A DNA stretch of 64,000 nucleotides, from NCBI GenBank assembly GCA_040954595.2, contig CM082576.2, forward strand, positions 18,771,028-18,835,027, written 5' to 3'. This stretch comes from Balanoglossus misakiensis. Taxonomy: Eukaryota > Animalia > Hemichordata. Positions 27,302-40,760 of this stretch are shown here, piece after piece. The notes under the pieces are model-generated. The model searched no databases and had not been told where the DNA came from. It worked only from the letters and a program-made list of their open reading frames with translations. Made by a program: the position numbers and the translations under genes. Each line of letters starts with the position of its first letter. The first letter of the stretch is position 1.

Positions 27302-29310
27302 TTTTTTATTTATTGCGTATATACATGTCCCCAACTGGCTTTCATATAAAACCACTGCATCAGGTGAATCTCAATTTTTAAGAGCGATACTTCAAACATG
27401 CAGCACTGTTTACAAATCGGGGTCAAAGGTTATACAAGAATAACCATGTACAGTTGGTATTTTTCGGATGTACCTCTGGCCATGGCCTTGGTCTATAAAT
27501 TGTTCTTGACAACATATATTTTTAAAGATTTTGGTTTACTGAATTACATCTATAGCTTATAGTGATGGCTGTTTACCTAATAATTATTTTAACAACGCCA
27601 ACTTAGCTGGCGCTGGATCGAGGGTACAGGACTATCCTAGGTCAAGGGTCAATCGTGAATGTTTTGGTCGCGAATCAGCTGATCTTTTACAACAGCGTGT
27701 TACGCCCCTTTTTTAAATTTCTCATGAGTGGAGACGTCAGTGAAAGAACATATTTCGGATAATGGAGCATTCTTGGCAGTGTTTTCAAAGGGTTTCGCAA
27801 CCTTTCTACATGGGACGCGGCGGCGCTTGGCAGAACTTTGCGAGGTGGTCGTCATCACAGGTCGCACCGTAGTTGAGAGAGAGAGCCATGACACTGACAG
27901 AGCCGGGTGAGTGATTGAGATCCTGGATCAGTTGCCGTCACTCAGATCACTAGACATTCTCTCTCATTAGGGTGTAGCTACGGTGTTGCCACGGGACCTA
28001 CGACGTTTTATCGTGACGTCGGTGTTGCCCCGACCGGCCAGGGAAGTATATCAGATATGATGAGTCCGGTGATGACTTGGCTTTACGGCAGTCGCTGTGC
28101 CTGTAGATAAAGGAAAGGAACAGTACAACGCGCCGCCAGTGTGATTAGCATCGCTTGGAGCAAGACTAGATGACAGACATCGCCAGGGTCGTTGGCAAGA
28201 CCTTGGCGGGCAGAGATGTGTGACACAGGTCCTCCTACAGGTAAGCCAGTCTTAATTCTTTTACATGCTTTTCAGAGTCAGCTTTTTGAGATGGTGAGAT
28301 CTCTGTCTGGTGGTTTCTCTGTGTGACCTTTAGCTCTGCATACAGCCGGGAACACACAGACCTGTACGCAGAGCTATGTGACCTTCTGAGTCATATAATA
28401 ATGTCACATTTAGTACTACATTATCTCTATGGAAACACAGCTAGGGGGAGGGTGGAGGGGGGGGGGGGGTTCTATGCTGGTTTCCCCCATCATAGACCCA
28501 CCCGTGACCCCCACCACAAAAATCTGTTGTGAAACAACAGCCAAACCAGTGCACTATATCACAGTCCCTCTATTACATACTGTGACTGTATAAGCTAAAA
28601 AATAAGACATTCACTTTTTGAAATAAACATTTCTCTGTTAATTATCTCTGAAAGCTTGATATAGGAGAACATTTCGGTTACTTCAATGTCACCATTGTTT
28701 TCACTACTATCACGTAACAAGCAATTTAAATTACCTTCGCGAAAACAGTATGCTCTATGTTTTTTTGTTAACGCTTTGAGATGTCTGGCTCAAATCTTCG
28801 TGAATGCAAGCTGTCATAACTTTTGTACAAAGTAGTGTCTCATTTTTTTTTAAAGCAACTAGCTTGATTTTTAAAATGAAAAAAACTTCTGATATACTAG
28901 GAATAGTAGGATTTATTCACTGCTCCAGAAGTTTTCTGAATTACAATGCACTTAACGGGACATTAGCTGTAACTTTTGGCTTTAATTGATGTACATATAT
29001 TTTTGTTCTGAGTATCAATGGGAATTTCTTGTTCTACTCCAAACAGCATGCTAATATACCCATTTATACTTCACTTGTCAACATAGCCCGTGAATGTGTA
29101 ATGTTATCATTCACATTTTTTTACTACTGTTACGTAAATATGCAACATGTCTAAAAAATATGTTTTTATAGAATATATTTATTTATTTAGAGTAAAATGT
29201 TTTTGGTGACATTTAAATATGGTATTTTATACATCAATTGTGGGTTTCAACATATTGTTGGGAGTAGCACAAGAATCTTAAGTGGCCACATAGAATTAAT
29301 TTTCAACCTT

Positions 29311-29487
29311 CAGTAAAACCTGTCAAAACCAAACCCTGTCTAATCTGGAAACCTGTCTATACTGAACACCTTTTCAGTACCTTCGACATAGAATCACATG
29401 TTAAAAGAACCTTTACAAACTGGAAATGTCTGTAAACTGAACAATTTCTTCAGTGCCTTCAGTGTTCGGTTCAGACAGGTTTTACTG
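29311..29487. mobile_element. Tc1/pogo-like MITE
   Basis: TIRs cagtaaaacctgtc...gacaggttttactg followed by TA. Confidence 0.75.
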
Positions 29488-29494
29488 TATTTAA

Positions 29495-29953
29495 TTTCTC
29501 ACACTGCTGGCCGCTGGGAGTGTGGGATAGGATATCCCCGACGAGTGTGAGAAATACGATCTCAGGTCCTTGGGAGTGTGAGATTCTATTATTCTCACAC
29601 TCTCACTGAATCGAAAGCTGTATATGACGCGAGCGCTGATTGGTTGACAAAGAGTTCTTTCTCTTCGCGCACTAAATGTTATCCAATGGCGTGATGTGTA
29701 TTACAGGCACAGAACTATAACGTGCCCCCAGTCGACAGTTCAAGAGTCATTTATTCAATGTTTTAACGAATTTGGCTAATTTGTGACCGTGTGAGAAAAA
29801 TAATCTCACACACCAAGGACCTGGGATCATATTTCTCACACTCGTCAGGGATATTTTGTCCCACACTCGCCTGCGGCTCGTGTGTGACAGAAAATCCCCA
29901 ACTCGTGTGAGAAATACGATCCCAGGTCCTTGGGAGTGTGAGATTCTATTAAT
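29495..29953 (+). mobile_element. Hairpin-ended interspersed repeat (family also at 56298-56945 and 59375-59830), possibly Crypton-like
   Basis: A ~145-bp foldback (29802-29945) has the apex cacactcgcctgcggctcgtgtg, with repeated ttctcacac/gtgtgagaa motifs. Three copies occur in the window. Confidence 0.7.
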
Positions 29954-31145
29954 CCCAAATGTCATAGCAGCTGCCCCTTTAAAACAATTTCTTTAAAAAA
30001 TGTGTTTCTAATAGATTTGGTCAGGTGGAAAAGTATGTCACATACTGTTTTCACTGAACACTGATGTGGTTGCAATTTTATTGACACAAATTGAATCACA
30101 CTATGCATCACATTAGACTTAGGGGTAAACCATTTTATATTTAGGAGAGTGCAGTTTAGTTTCTACTCTGCCTATTCTCTGATGTTTTTTCTTTACTATT
30201 TGGCAGAGGCAAAATGCAGACTTGTTATGGAAGTGTTCCTAAGTAACTATGCATAAATTATTTCTATTAATCTAAGCACATTATGTAAAATATAAATCAA
30301 CCAGGTAGACTCATGTCTCCCCCTACAGTAATGGTGACAATTCTTTTTATAGTACCCAACTTACTCAAGTAAACACACTTAATGTTAGCAAACAGTCCTA
30401 TAGATATAGCCTGGTCCCCTGTCCCATTCCTGCTGCTGGTAGTGACAGCAGGGTTAGAAAGTGGGCAGAGAACAAGAGTATCTTACAGGCCTCTTTCATG
30501 ACCCCTGTGTGACCTTACATCCTGGTGATTTGTTGGTTTGACATCATTCATCATTCAATGTTGAACAGCTAACCTTTTCTAACAGGCAATGTTCACCAGT
30601 TTTGTTCAAGGATGAGAAAAAATGCATTGATTCAATAGCATGGTTGGTAAACTCGAAATTGTATACTCACACCGACAAAAAGCCAGGATGTAGAGGTCAA
30701 AAGGGGTCATAAAAGTGGCATGATATAGCACAGTTGCCAGTGGTGTAATGTTTATATGAACTGTGCAACTTCATTCATATTTCTTAGTGGCAGTAATGTT
30801 ATTATAAATATAAACTGACATCTGAAATCACTTTGCGATGTCGAAATTCAGTGGGAAGAAACAAACGCCAAAAGTTACCACATTTTATACTGACACTTAT
30901 TTGTTTTGTACAGTTTACCCTATGGATCCAGCTATCATAGGAATAGGTGCAATAATTGTAGCTTTGGTGGGCTGGTTGATCGCTTATGGGCTTGATCAAT
31001 CATCCCATCTAGGCTACAATTATTGCAGATATCATAGGAAGGGCACATTGGGAACCCCCCCCCCCCCCTCACACACACACACACACAATTTGGGCGACAA
31101 CACAATATATATATGATGCAGTCTACAAGTTGCACCGAAATATCT

Positions 31146-32040
31146 TTAGGTCCCATTTGTATATACTGGTGGTACCTCATGAGATCGGTTGCGTCTGTAT
31201 GGATGTATGTCCGTTCACATCAAAAACTTGAAAACCGCTGAGCATATAACCTCGATATTTGGTGTGCAGATGCAGGCAGGGCTGTAGATGGGAGTTTGTT
31301 CAAATGAAGTTGTTGGGAAAAACGTAAATTTGGCCAAAACTCAGAAACTCAACAACCACTGGTCATATTGATTTGAAAATTGGTATGCATGTACCTTATA
31401 TTTACCTCACACAGTTGTGTATGTTTTGAACTAATAGTTTGTATTTTCTATAATTTATGTATTTTTTTGTCTTTTTCCACATTTTTGGTAAAAAATCTAC
31501 TTTTCTGGAATTGATGACCTGACTTCTTTGAAATTTAGTATGGGGCTTCATATAGGTGATGTGAGTTATCAAAGTTTTGTTTAAATTTGCTGCAAAATTT
31601 GCAAATTTATAATTTTGGTGCAAATTTTGCCTTTTTGATCAATTTTTTTCTGTAAAACCGTTTGTCAGATTGCTTTGAAATTTGGTAGGCATAGAGATGT
31701 GTGTTTGTCAAATCAATTTGTAGAATTCAATAGTATATTTTTGGGGTGATTTTTGCCATTTTTGGTCAAAACTCTTTCTCAGAACCCTCTACCCCATTGC
31801 TTTGAAATTTGATTTGAAGGTTCCATGGTGAGTTGTCATGATGATTTACAAAACCTATGATGAAAGTGTCAATGTTTTGTGGGGGCAATGTCTTGTATTT
31901 TGGGGGTATATTTACCAATTTTGATAAAAAATTATATTTCTCAGAAAGTGTACACTGTATGGCTGATTTCTATAAATTTTAGTTGTAAGTTAATGGGATT
32001 GGCTTCTTTAGAATTATTATGAAATCATATCATAGGTAAT
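31146..32040 (+). mobile_element. Degenerate Helentron-associated (HINE/DINE-like) element
   Basis: Starts ttaggtcccat..., then a (GTAT)-type microsatellite, then degenerate internal repeats (gattgctttgaaatttg). Its start is the reverse complement of the end of 33815-34293. Right boundary is approximate. Confidence 0.5.
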
Positions 32041-32931
32041 TTGGAATTTCTACTGGGCTTGCGTTTGATATTTTATTTTTTACGCGCAGTGCACGCAAAG
32101 AGCCAATTTTTTTTTCGTGAAATTGTATTTGAATTACGTGCAACAAAATAGCGATAGACAAGCAGGCTTTCAGATAAACATACTTGAATGAGTTCTCCCT
32201 TCATGTCTAGATGGCCCAACACAAAAAATATCATTTAGAATGTAGCGAATAAAGTACATAAACATCATGAAAGAGACTGTGTACAGTGGTCCCCCCCCCC
32301 CCGATATGTATTAAGTACAGACAAGGTATGGAATTCTTGTGTTATATCATCAAGGAAAATGACCCAGAAGCCCTACTTGCTTTGTTATATCTAATGGCTT
32401 CTGTGTGCATAAATTATAGCCCGACACGTGTCAAGTTTGTGGCCTAGGTTACCGCACGTACATCATTGTGCGTCCTGCTACAGCATACAAGCGCGCGTAC
32501 GCGTACATGTGTACAGGGCGCCTGACCGGCCAACCTTGACAAGGCGCCCCAGATAGCCTCGCCCGCTGTTATCTTTCAATGGATTTTTTTTGTGCGCATG
32601 TCACGCAACTGTGACAAAATATTTGCCCGCACACATTGTAGTTTTGTGTTATTTAGTGTTATTTTAAATGGGTGTCACACCGATTTAATCAGCCTCCATT
32701 CAAAGAGTACACAACAGTCGTGTTATGCATTAATTAGCAAAAGATGATAAACTGATGCGGATACAATCAATATAGCTTAATGGTGATGATTCTAAAGCAG
32801 AAGGCTAATTGTCATTAGTATCATACATGCAGAGCCTGAATTTGCCACTTTCTATTGTTCTCACCAAATTTAGTGTAATAACCCCTAAGTACCACCCTCT
32901 AATTTTAAAGAACACTAATTATGGAAGCCCA

Positions 32932-33024
32932 TTAACCCTTTCACAACCAAGGTTCAGTCAAAACCCATTGTTTTCTATGAAAAGGTTTGACCTGCATAGA
33001 AGGAACTTGGGGTGAAAGGGTTAA
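32932..33024. mobile_element. ~85-bp TTAA-flanked piggyBac-like MITE; degenerate relatives at ~35207-35298 and ~50268-50348
   Basis: TTAA-CCCTTTCAC...GTGAAAGGG-TTAA. Confidence 0.75.
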
Positions 33025-33181
33025 AGGGACAAAGTCGCTCTTTTTGACTTTTGACTCACTTGCTTTTATTAGAGGTTCCTACCTTTAAATGTTTCATAAA
33101 ATGTTTAATCAAATCTGTCTACAATCAGAGTAGACATTGTTTACATATACCTTTTGTTAAATGATTGTTGTTGTATTTCAG

Positions 33182-33280
33182 ATTGTTGTCAGGAGCAGGT
33201 GAGAAATATGGTATGATTTCTGAAGGTCTGAGTACTGCATTGCAGTTATTTGACGATATGAAGAGGTTACGATATTCAAG
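33182..33280 (+). pseudogene. MED25: MED25 VWA-domain exon
   Basis: ag|...|gt exon of 99 bp encoding LLSGAGEKYGMISEGLSTALQLFDDMKRLRYS, matching the MED25 motif IAEGLSTALQLFDD as I recall it. Confidence 0.85.
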
Positions 33281-33498
33281 GTAATTATGGTAAAATTCTG
33301 AGTTTCAAGATCATTCTCTACATATGGCCCTGACTTTTTTTGGTGGTTTATCTGTTTTTGTAAAGTTCACCATGTCAACCAGGAAATGATTCCATACAGA
33401 CAGTGGAGTACAACTGAGATGTGAAGTACATTGAAACCTGCCTAGGAAGGACATCTCTGGGACCACAAAATGTGTCCTTAATAGAGAGGTGTCCTTAA

Positions 33499-34323
33499 AG
33501 GGACAAATTCTCTCCCTCGCTGCCCCTTTTCCATGAATTAGGTTTGTTACAGGGCACCATTTCTGTTATTCTCCATGTGGATATATAGTGAATCAATGTT
33601 TCACCACACACAACTTCAACCCTGCTTGTAGCCACCAGAGTGATAAAAAACACACGCCAATAATCGGTCTCTATCATTTATTCATTTTATGCGAGTTTTT
33701 ATGCTCATATCATTCAAGTGGGATGGAAATTGTGTATGGTTGAACGTTCATTAACTACATATACACATGTACATTAATATAAAATGTCTCTTGTATCAAA
33801 CATAATGGAAAAAATCGCGTCAAGGACACAGTGGTCCCATTGAGGGAATACACAAGAAAAAGTCTACACCGGAGTAAATGGCGATATACTGACAGACACA
33901 CACACTAAATAGAACAGCTGGCCTCTTTAAAACTTAGCCAGTTATGTAATCATTCAGGAATTTCCTGTGTATATAAACAACTCAATAAAGTAAATACACA
34001 CCACTTCGCAAAGCAATCTGACCAGTAGTTCTTGAGTTACTGAGTTTTGACTAAGTTCACATTTTTCCAGCTAATTTGCATATTTTTGGCAACGACAACT
34101 TCATTTGAACAAACTCCCATCTACAGCCCAGCCTGCATGTGCACACCAAATATCAAGGTGATACACACAGTGGTTTTCAAGTTTTTGATGTGGACGGACA
34201 TACATCCATACATCCATCCATACATACATACATACAGATGCAACCAATCCCATAAGGTCCCATGGTATATAGGCCTATACCAATGGGACCTAAAAAGGGC
34301 AGCGAGAGAGAGACTTTGTCCCT
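33499..34323. mobile_element. Kolobok-like non-autonomous element
   Basis: TTAA on both sides and ~31-bp TIRs agggacaaattctctccctcgctgcccctttt / aaaagggcagcgagagagagactttgtccct. Confidence 0.7.
33815..34293 (-). mobile_element. Helentron-associated (HINE/DINE-like) insertion
   Basis: Absent from copy B (49321-49335 atggaaaaaagggcag). Inserted in an A-run, with a terminal hairpin aggtcccatggtata...tataccaatgggacct next to (CATA)n. A related end occurs at 59280-59340. Confidence 0.65.
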
Positions 34324-35362
34324 TTAACAGAAATGTGCATGTAATATTCTATTCAAACCATTACTCTTGTCTTGAACAATCTTTCCTTAATAGAAAGGTG
34401 TCCTGATTAGAGAGATGTCTGTATTAATTGACAGGTTTCACTGTATTATCAACATTTTCAGTTTCATAATCCTTCTGGATGTCTTTGTCAGAAAATTTTG
34501 ACAGCAGCCAAAACTTTCTCTGCCATACTCACAATAAGAGAAAGCTTGCACCTGTGTGTAAAACGGGTTATTTTCGCAAGCAATTAATTTTTGCGAAATA
34601 GGCGAGAGCCAACAAAATGTGAAAAGAAAAAGTTGCGTAAAATGTTTTTCGGAGATAAAGATGCAATGAAATACAAGAACATGAAAATTAATCCTCGCAT
34701 AACAGTTGCCTCTTTTAATATCGCGAACATTTCCTGTCACGAAAATAATCCGTTTTACAGTAATATTGAAGGTCAGAATGCTTTTGATGAGAGAACAATA
34801 CACCAGTTGCAAAGTATCTTGACTAACATAAAAATGATGGTATTTTCTGAAGAAGATATATTCTCGCAGTTGGTGTTTTGTTTCCTCATCAAAAGCATTC
34901 TGACCTTCAATATTATTCTGTTGAGCTATACATGCAATCTAGTCTGATCAGAGATGATTATATCATCGACAATAGATCCTGGATACTAAAAGAGCATAAA
35001 ATGACTGCGACAGATACCTTGTTAGTTGTAACAGGTGTGAAATAAGAATTTGGATAACACTGACAGTATTTTGGCTATTGTTGGGGGGTGGGGTGGAGCA
35101 ATAAGTGATTTTGAAACCCCATGTAACACCTGTCTTACCATTAATATGACTGCATTTATGGTACCATAAGGAATGTTAACAAAATGACTGGGGAACCCTG
35201 GTTACATTACCCTGATCACCACAATGGTTCAGTCCAACTGCATTGTTTTCTATGTTAAGGTTGGAGCACTGAAGAGGAAATTGGGGTGGAAGGGTTAAAA
35301 AAAACACTGACTGACAATACTGCCAATAACAAAATATTGTTTTATCTTCTCTTTGTATACAG

Positions 35363-35482
35363 CGCACCAATATAGAAACATTGTATATTGATCTGAACTC
35401 TCCTCCATATCCTTTGCCAAGTCAAGGTAGTATTAATTACAGTGGATTTACTGTAGAACAATTGGCTGCCATGTTGGGTGAG
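35363..35482 (+). pseudogene. MED25: MED25 exon, copy A (in-frame TAG and a 1-bp deletion)
   Basis: HCILI/NSPPYPLPSQGSINYSGFTVEQLAAMLGE with AG/GT boundaries; resembles MED25 CLLICNSPPY. Confidence 0.85.
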
Positions 35483-35759
35483 GTAAGTAAGCGATGTAAA
35501 ACATTTCATACAACACTGCATACTAACAATAGTCATATCAACCTGACAAGGGAAGATGAAAAAAGCCTAAGCCCCTTTGAACAGCTGTATTTTCTTGGAA
35601 TCTGGTTTTATAATACACTTTGATTGATTCCCTTACGAAAAAGTTCTATAGAACTTCTATTGCTTTTCAATAAAAATTTCTATTAAGAATCAATGGATAT
35701 TCCATGGAAACTCAATGGAATTTCTATGGAAATTCTATTGACTTCTATGGACTTTTGGC

Positions 35760-36525
35760 CACTTTTCAATTAAACTTCTATAGAAGAGATATAGATTTCA
35801 ATTGATTTTCTATAGAAGAGATATAGATTTCAATTGATATTCTATTGATTTTCTATAGAAGAGTTATCGATGTGTATTGATTTTCTATAGAAGAGATATA
35901 GATTTCAATTGATTTTCTATTGAACTTCTATAGAAGAGTTATAGATGTGTATTGATTTTCTATAGAAGAGATATAGATTTCAATTGATATTCTATTGATT
36001 TTCTATAGAAGAGTTATCGATGTGTATTGATTTTCTATAGAAGAGATATAGATTTCAATTGATTTTCTATTGAACTTCTATAAAAGAGTTATAGATGTGT
36101 ATTGATTTTCTATAGAAGAGATATAGATTTCAATTGATATTCTATTGATTTTCTATAGAAGAGTTATCGATGTGTATTGATTTTCTATAGAAGAGATCTA
36201 GATTTCAATTGATTTTCTATTGAACTTCTATAAAAGCGTTATAGATGTGTATTGATTTTCTATAGAAGAGATATAGATTTCAATTGATATTCTATTGATT
36301 TTCTATAGAAGAGTTATCGATGTGTATTGATTTTCTATAGAAGAGATATAGATTTCAATTGATATTCTATTGATTTTCTATAGAAAAGTTATCGATGTGT
36401 ATTGATTTTCTATCGAAGAGATCTAGATTTCCATTGATATGCTATTGATTTTCTATAGAAGAGATATAGATTTCAATTGATTTTCTATTGAACTTCTATA
36501 GAAGAGTTATAGATGTGTATTGATC
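35760..36525. repeat. Left subterminal tandem array of the CACTA (~32/43-bp subunits)
   Basis: Repeats of ttttctatagaagagatatagatttcaattga and variants containing ttctattga. Confidence 0.92.
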
Positions 36526-36849
36526 CTGTATTATCTGGTTACCAAAGACAGAGGGGTGGGATTGGGGCAAAAAGATTGATATTTATAAAAAAAAATACTT
36601 CACTGAATACTCAGCATATTCTTTCAGTCTGTTGTTTAATATTAACACATAAATGTGCTAAATACAGTGTTGCCTCAGTCAAATTAGTTTTCTGCTGGCT
36701 TTCAGTGAAATATTTGAGAAAAAACCAACATACTCATCAAATTAAAACTTAACATTTTATTGCAATAAATCAATAAAAAAGGTGACATGAAAAATAGAGT
36801 TTAAATAAATAAAAATAAGCAAAACACATAAATGAAACAGTTAACCACA

Positions 36850-39800
36850 CTACTTGTGTTTTGCTTCGGAGTAAATTTTCATTTTAATGTACTGCTCCAC
36901 CTCAGCAACCTTGCAGTCAAACTTGCTGCATACAATATCTGTGGGGAAACAGAGAAAAATAATTGCTGAATGAAATTGTACTGAACCAAAGCTCAAACCT
37001 TAGAGATGTCTTTGTTTGCCATACTATATTTTTTTTTCTAAAACCTAACCGCCAGAAACAAAGAACAAACTAAATGAAAATATATCAAGGTTACGGTAGA
37101 GAGAATGGTATATTTGATTTGCAGTCCCTTAAACGCTTTTACAACTTTTTAAAGATGGCCTATCTCATTCCACATACAGGTCTCCATTAGCAGACCAAAG
37201 CAGATTTTGCAAAAGCACTGCAAAATTTGCACCCTATCTACAGCAGGTTACACTATGTTAAAGAGGTATACATCACTGATCACTCCAAATATACAAAATG
37301 CCAATATATCTTTGTGTATTCCTATGACCTAAAATAGCAAATTAATAATTGGAGATGATAAGTAACTTAATACCTACATACCTTTAATGGCTCTTATTTT
37401 GTCGGCATCCAGCGCTGGTTTGGGTAAAGAACCCTTGACTGAGTTGCACACTCTGCCACTATACGAATGAGTCCTGAGTGTTTCCCTATCAAACACCACT
37501 GCCATCAAATCATACGTCATTTTCTTCGCTGTTGATTCGTCAACGCGGCTCAGCTGCTTGGCAGTTACTATCATCTCATCATTGACCAAAATCTGAAAAA
37601 GACCAAAATAATTGGTAACACTAGAGGCAGACACAAAATAAATATGATTTCTGTCATAGAAAACCTGATAAAATAGAAAGTACAGTAAAAACTCTATCAC
37701 AGAGTTCTTACAATACTTTCTATTTTCTATGAAATCAACAGCTCTAACAATACAACCACATTTTCCATGGAAGTAAAGTTGCAGAGCCATGATCTGTTCT
37801 AAACAGAGTTGCAATCATCAGGTCTGCAGATAAATAAACAAAAACTTTATGACCAAAATAATTAAATTCTTTGTTTTGCATCCACTCAGATTTTGATAGG
37901 TAAGTGCACAAGTTCAGAAACACAGAAATTTTTAACAGGTAAATTTAATATTTACTCGATAGTTTCCATGTAATACAAGCACCTTAACAAGAATCCCAGC
38001 AGAAACTAATTTTTCACCCTGTTAAGTTGCACTCAAATGTGACATTCTGCAAGCATGCAGGTGTTCCAATCACATTTCCCAAAGCATGTATACAAAAAAT
38101 TTGCAGGCAGAAAAGTTTTTTTCATGAAATCTCGCAAAACATACACATGCAGAACAAAGAATTTTCTTACTTAGGCCATATGGTTGAACCTAAGAAGCAG
38201 AAGTATTATTTGAATGACTATTACTATATCTATGCAGATTCCTGAAATCACACAGTCATGATAAATTGAAATAGATATCAACAGTTACCTCTTCACTGTT
38301 CAATGGGGCATCATGTGTTCCACAGGAGTTATTTGTCTTTGAGACTGCAGGTGCACCAGTCTTTACACCAAATGTTCTTTTTACATCAGCAATTTGTCCA
38401 AGCAAGCCAGGTAACTCTATACCATTTGAAAAGATTAGAAAATAGAGGTATAGGACATATGTTCATTGATTTAACTCCAATAGTTCATAGGAAAAGGAAT
38501 AAAAAAGAGACAATCCTGGCAAAAAAATATTGTTAACCAATAAGACAGTGGACCATCATCCATAAACAAAATTATTTTAATTGTGGTGAACTGAGATGTT
38601 TACATACTGACCAGCATTATCAAACTATTGTCAAGTAACTACAAAACACATAGTTTGAGAAAGCTGGTCACAAATGAAGGCTTTCATTGGTGCTGAAAAA
38701 GGTAAGTTACAGCTTGCCCAGCTTAGTCATCATGTACAAGTGAATAAATTAAATGTTTTTCATTTATAAATTAATTATGGTAACATTTTACTTTGTATTT
38801 CAAAACATATATGGAGTCCTTGATACTTCAATTTCTCGTCAAAAAAATGCTGAAAATGATGTTCTTTTGTGATATTCATGAGTATTTTCAAAAACAATCA
38901 TTCTGTGGCATATTTTGGCTGTTGACTTTTGATATTTCTAAAAATAAAACCAAAAGAACACTGACAAAATAATTTGATTCAGCTAAAACCTACTCATTGC
39001 ATTAAAAATATACAAGAACTAAAACAATCCACTGACTTTATTCAATGCGTGTATCAATATTCTTTTACCTTTTAACACTCGAAGAGAATAGCGTAGTGCA
39101 GCATTTTCCTCCTTCAATTCCCTTATTTCTTGGTGTAGCTTGCCCTCATCATAGCCTTCTGAGCCACTGGACACTGGTGTTGAAGCACGGAATGAACTCT
39201 AGAATGCAGAGGAACATTAATGAAATAGACTAAAAATCACAGTTGTCAACAATAACAACACAGTTCATACATGGATTTCAACATGCTTGTGATATTTACC
39301 CATCAACAGCACTGAACTGCAGTCACGTTTTGATGGAAATATTATTAGTTTCAATAATTGCATAACTTTGCTCACATTTTAAAGATACATTTTGCAGGGG
39401 TTGCGTTAACCCCATATTTTGCTTCCCGAACTTTTCAGGGGGACTCTTACTTTTTACACAGAGGGGTCCCATCTCTCACATAAATACAAAAATTTTAATT
39501 TCCTGTCTTTAATTTCATGTGACAGGGACTCATTCTGAGCAAACACTAGTGCAATCCCTGTTTCATAATTAAGCCACACAAGCTCACAACACTCTCTTAT
39601 ACGTCAGCATTATTTTAGCTTTTGTGCAAGTTTGGAAGTAAAAGTATATGCTTCAGGGGCAGAAATTGTAGCGTATGACATTGCCAGTACTTACAGACTT
39701 AAGTGACTGGACATCCTCCTCCATTTTTTTACGAACTTCAGATGTCTTCTTGCTTTCTAACTTTCTCAGCAAATTTAAAGACGAATTCTTTTGGCTGATC

Positions 39801-40677
39801 TTCTTTTTTTTATTCAAGTTATTTTTTTCCTGAAAAAGAAATGAAATGATTATTGTGAGATACTTCTGAACACTTGGCATGGAGTTTTGAAAATGGGTGT
39901 TTATATTGACAACGAGAAATTAATATCATCTGTACCTAGATAAATCATATTGAATTCTGCATCAGCCACATGGTAGTTAAATATCAACTTACCGGTACAT
40001 AACCATCATCATCATCTTCGCTGTCGGTGTAGATTCTCTTTGGTGCCTTTTCACGTTTCCCCCGTCCATATTCTGGAGTCTTAATGTTTGTGTTCACCCC
40101 TTTTTTGACATAGACGTTGGCTAGTCGCAACAGCTCCTGCCTGTCATCTGTAAAGATAAACATTATGACCTGGTTGTGAAAAACACACACACACACAACT
40201 GAATGAGAAAATTTTGCTGACGATCAAAAATGCACAACACAAACCACGTAAAAAAATTGTGTCACAAAGTAAAACAAAGGGGTTGCTGGCTTTCCTGGCA
40301 ACTTGTTTTGTTATGCAAATAGTATAACAATGAACAGGAAGTAAACAAGCTGTGTTTGGTTCAAGGGAGCCCAAGACCCTGGGATCGAGATAAAGGTAAC
40401 TTTCTACAATGAACGTCTTCAACATTGGGAAATGTTTCTACCTGACACGTTTTTTTTGAGTTTTGAAAAAATCCAAACAATTCTTACCGCTAAACTTGAT
40501 AACTCTTGCTACATATCTCGCCGGATCTCTTCCTGCCTTCTTTGATGGCCACTGGACAGCACAATCTTCGTCGAAGTCAAAACTCATAACGTCGTCTTCA
40601 TCGAGATCTTCTATCCAATTCGTCTCACCAACTTCAACACTCTTTTCTTCGTAAAAATCAAATAAAGAGTACTTCAT
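36850..40677 (-). CDS. Transposon accessory protein with coiled coil and C-terminal BEN domain; 7 exons, 345 aa
   Basis: Exons 40677-40488, 40147-39993, 39829-39695, 39198-39069, 38416-38289, 37592-37382 and 36938-36850 are all GT-AG and phase-compatible, totalling 1038 nt without internal stops. BEN-like KMTYDLMAVVFDRETLRTHSYSG...KPALDADKIRAIKDIVCSKF...YIKMKIYSEAK. AATAAA lies ~90 bp downstream. Confidence 0.85.
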
Positions 40678-40760
40678 GGTGACTAGATCGATGTTCGTAA
40701 ATAGAGAAATCTTAAGCGGAGCTGGTAGCGAGTGACGCGTGGTGTGTCTTCGGTGGTTAC

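Larger units (their letters stand above)
33428..34445. mobile_element. Tc1/pogo-like MITE split by nested insertions
   Basis: Termini tacattgaaacctg...caggtttcactgta; interrupted at a TTAA site. Confidence 0.65.

Noticed and set aside
32050-32640. CpG-rich patch as a promoter
   Set aside because: No linked exon or definable termini; probably a TE remnant that I cannot classify.
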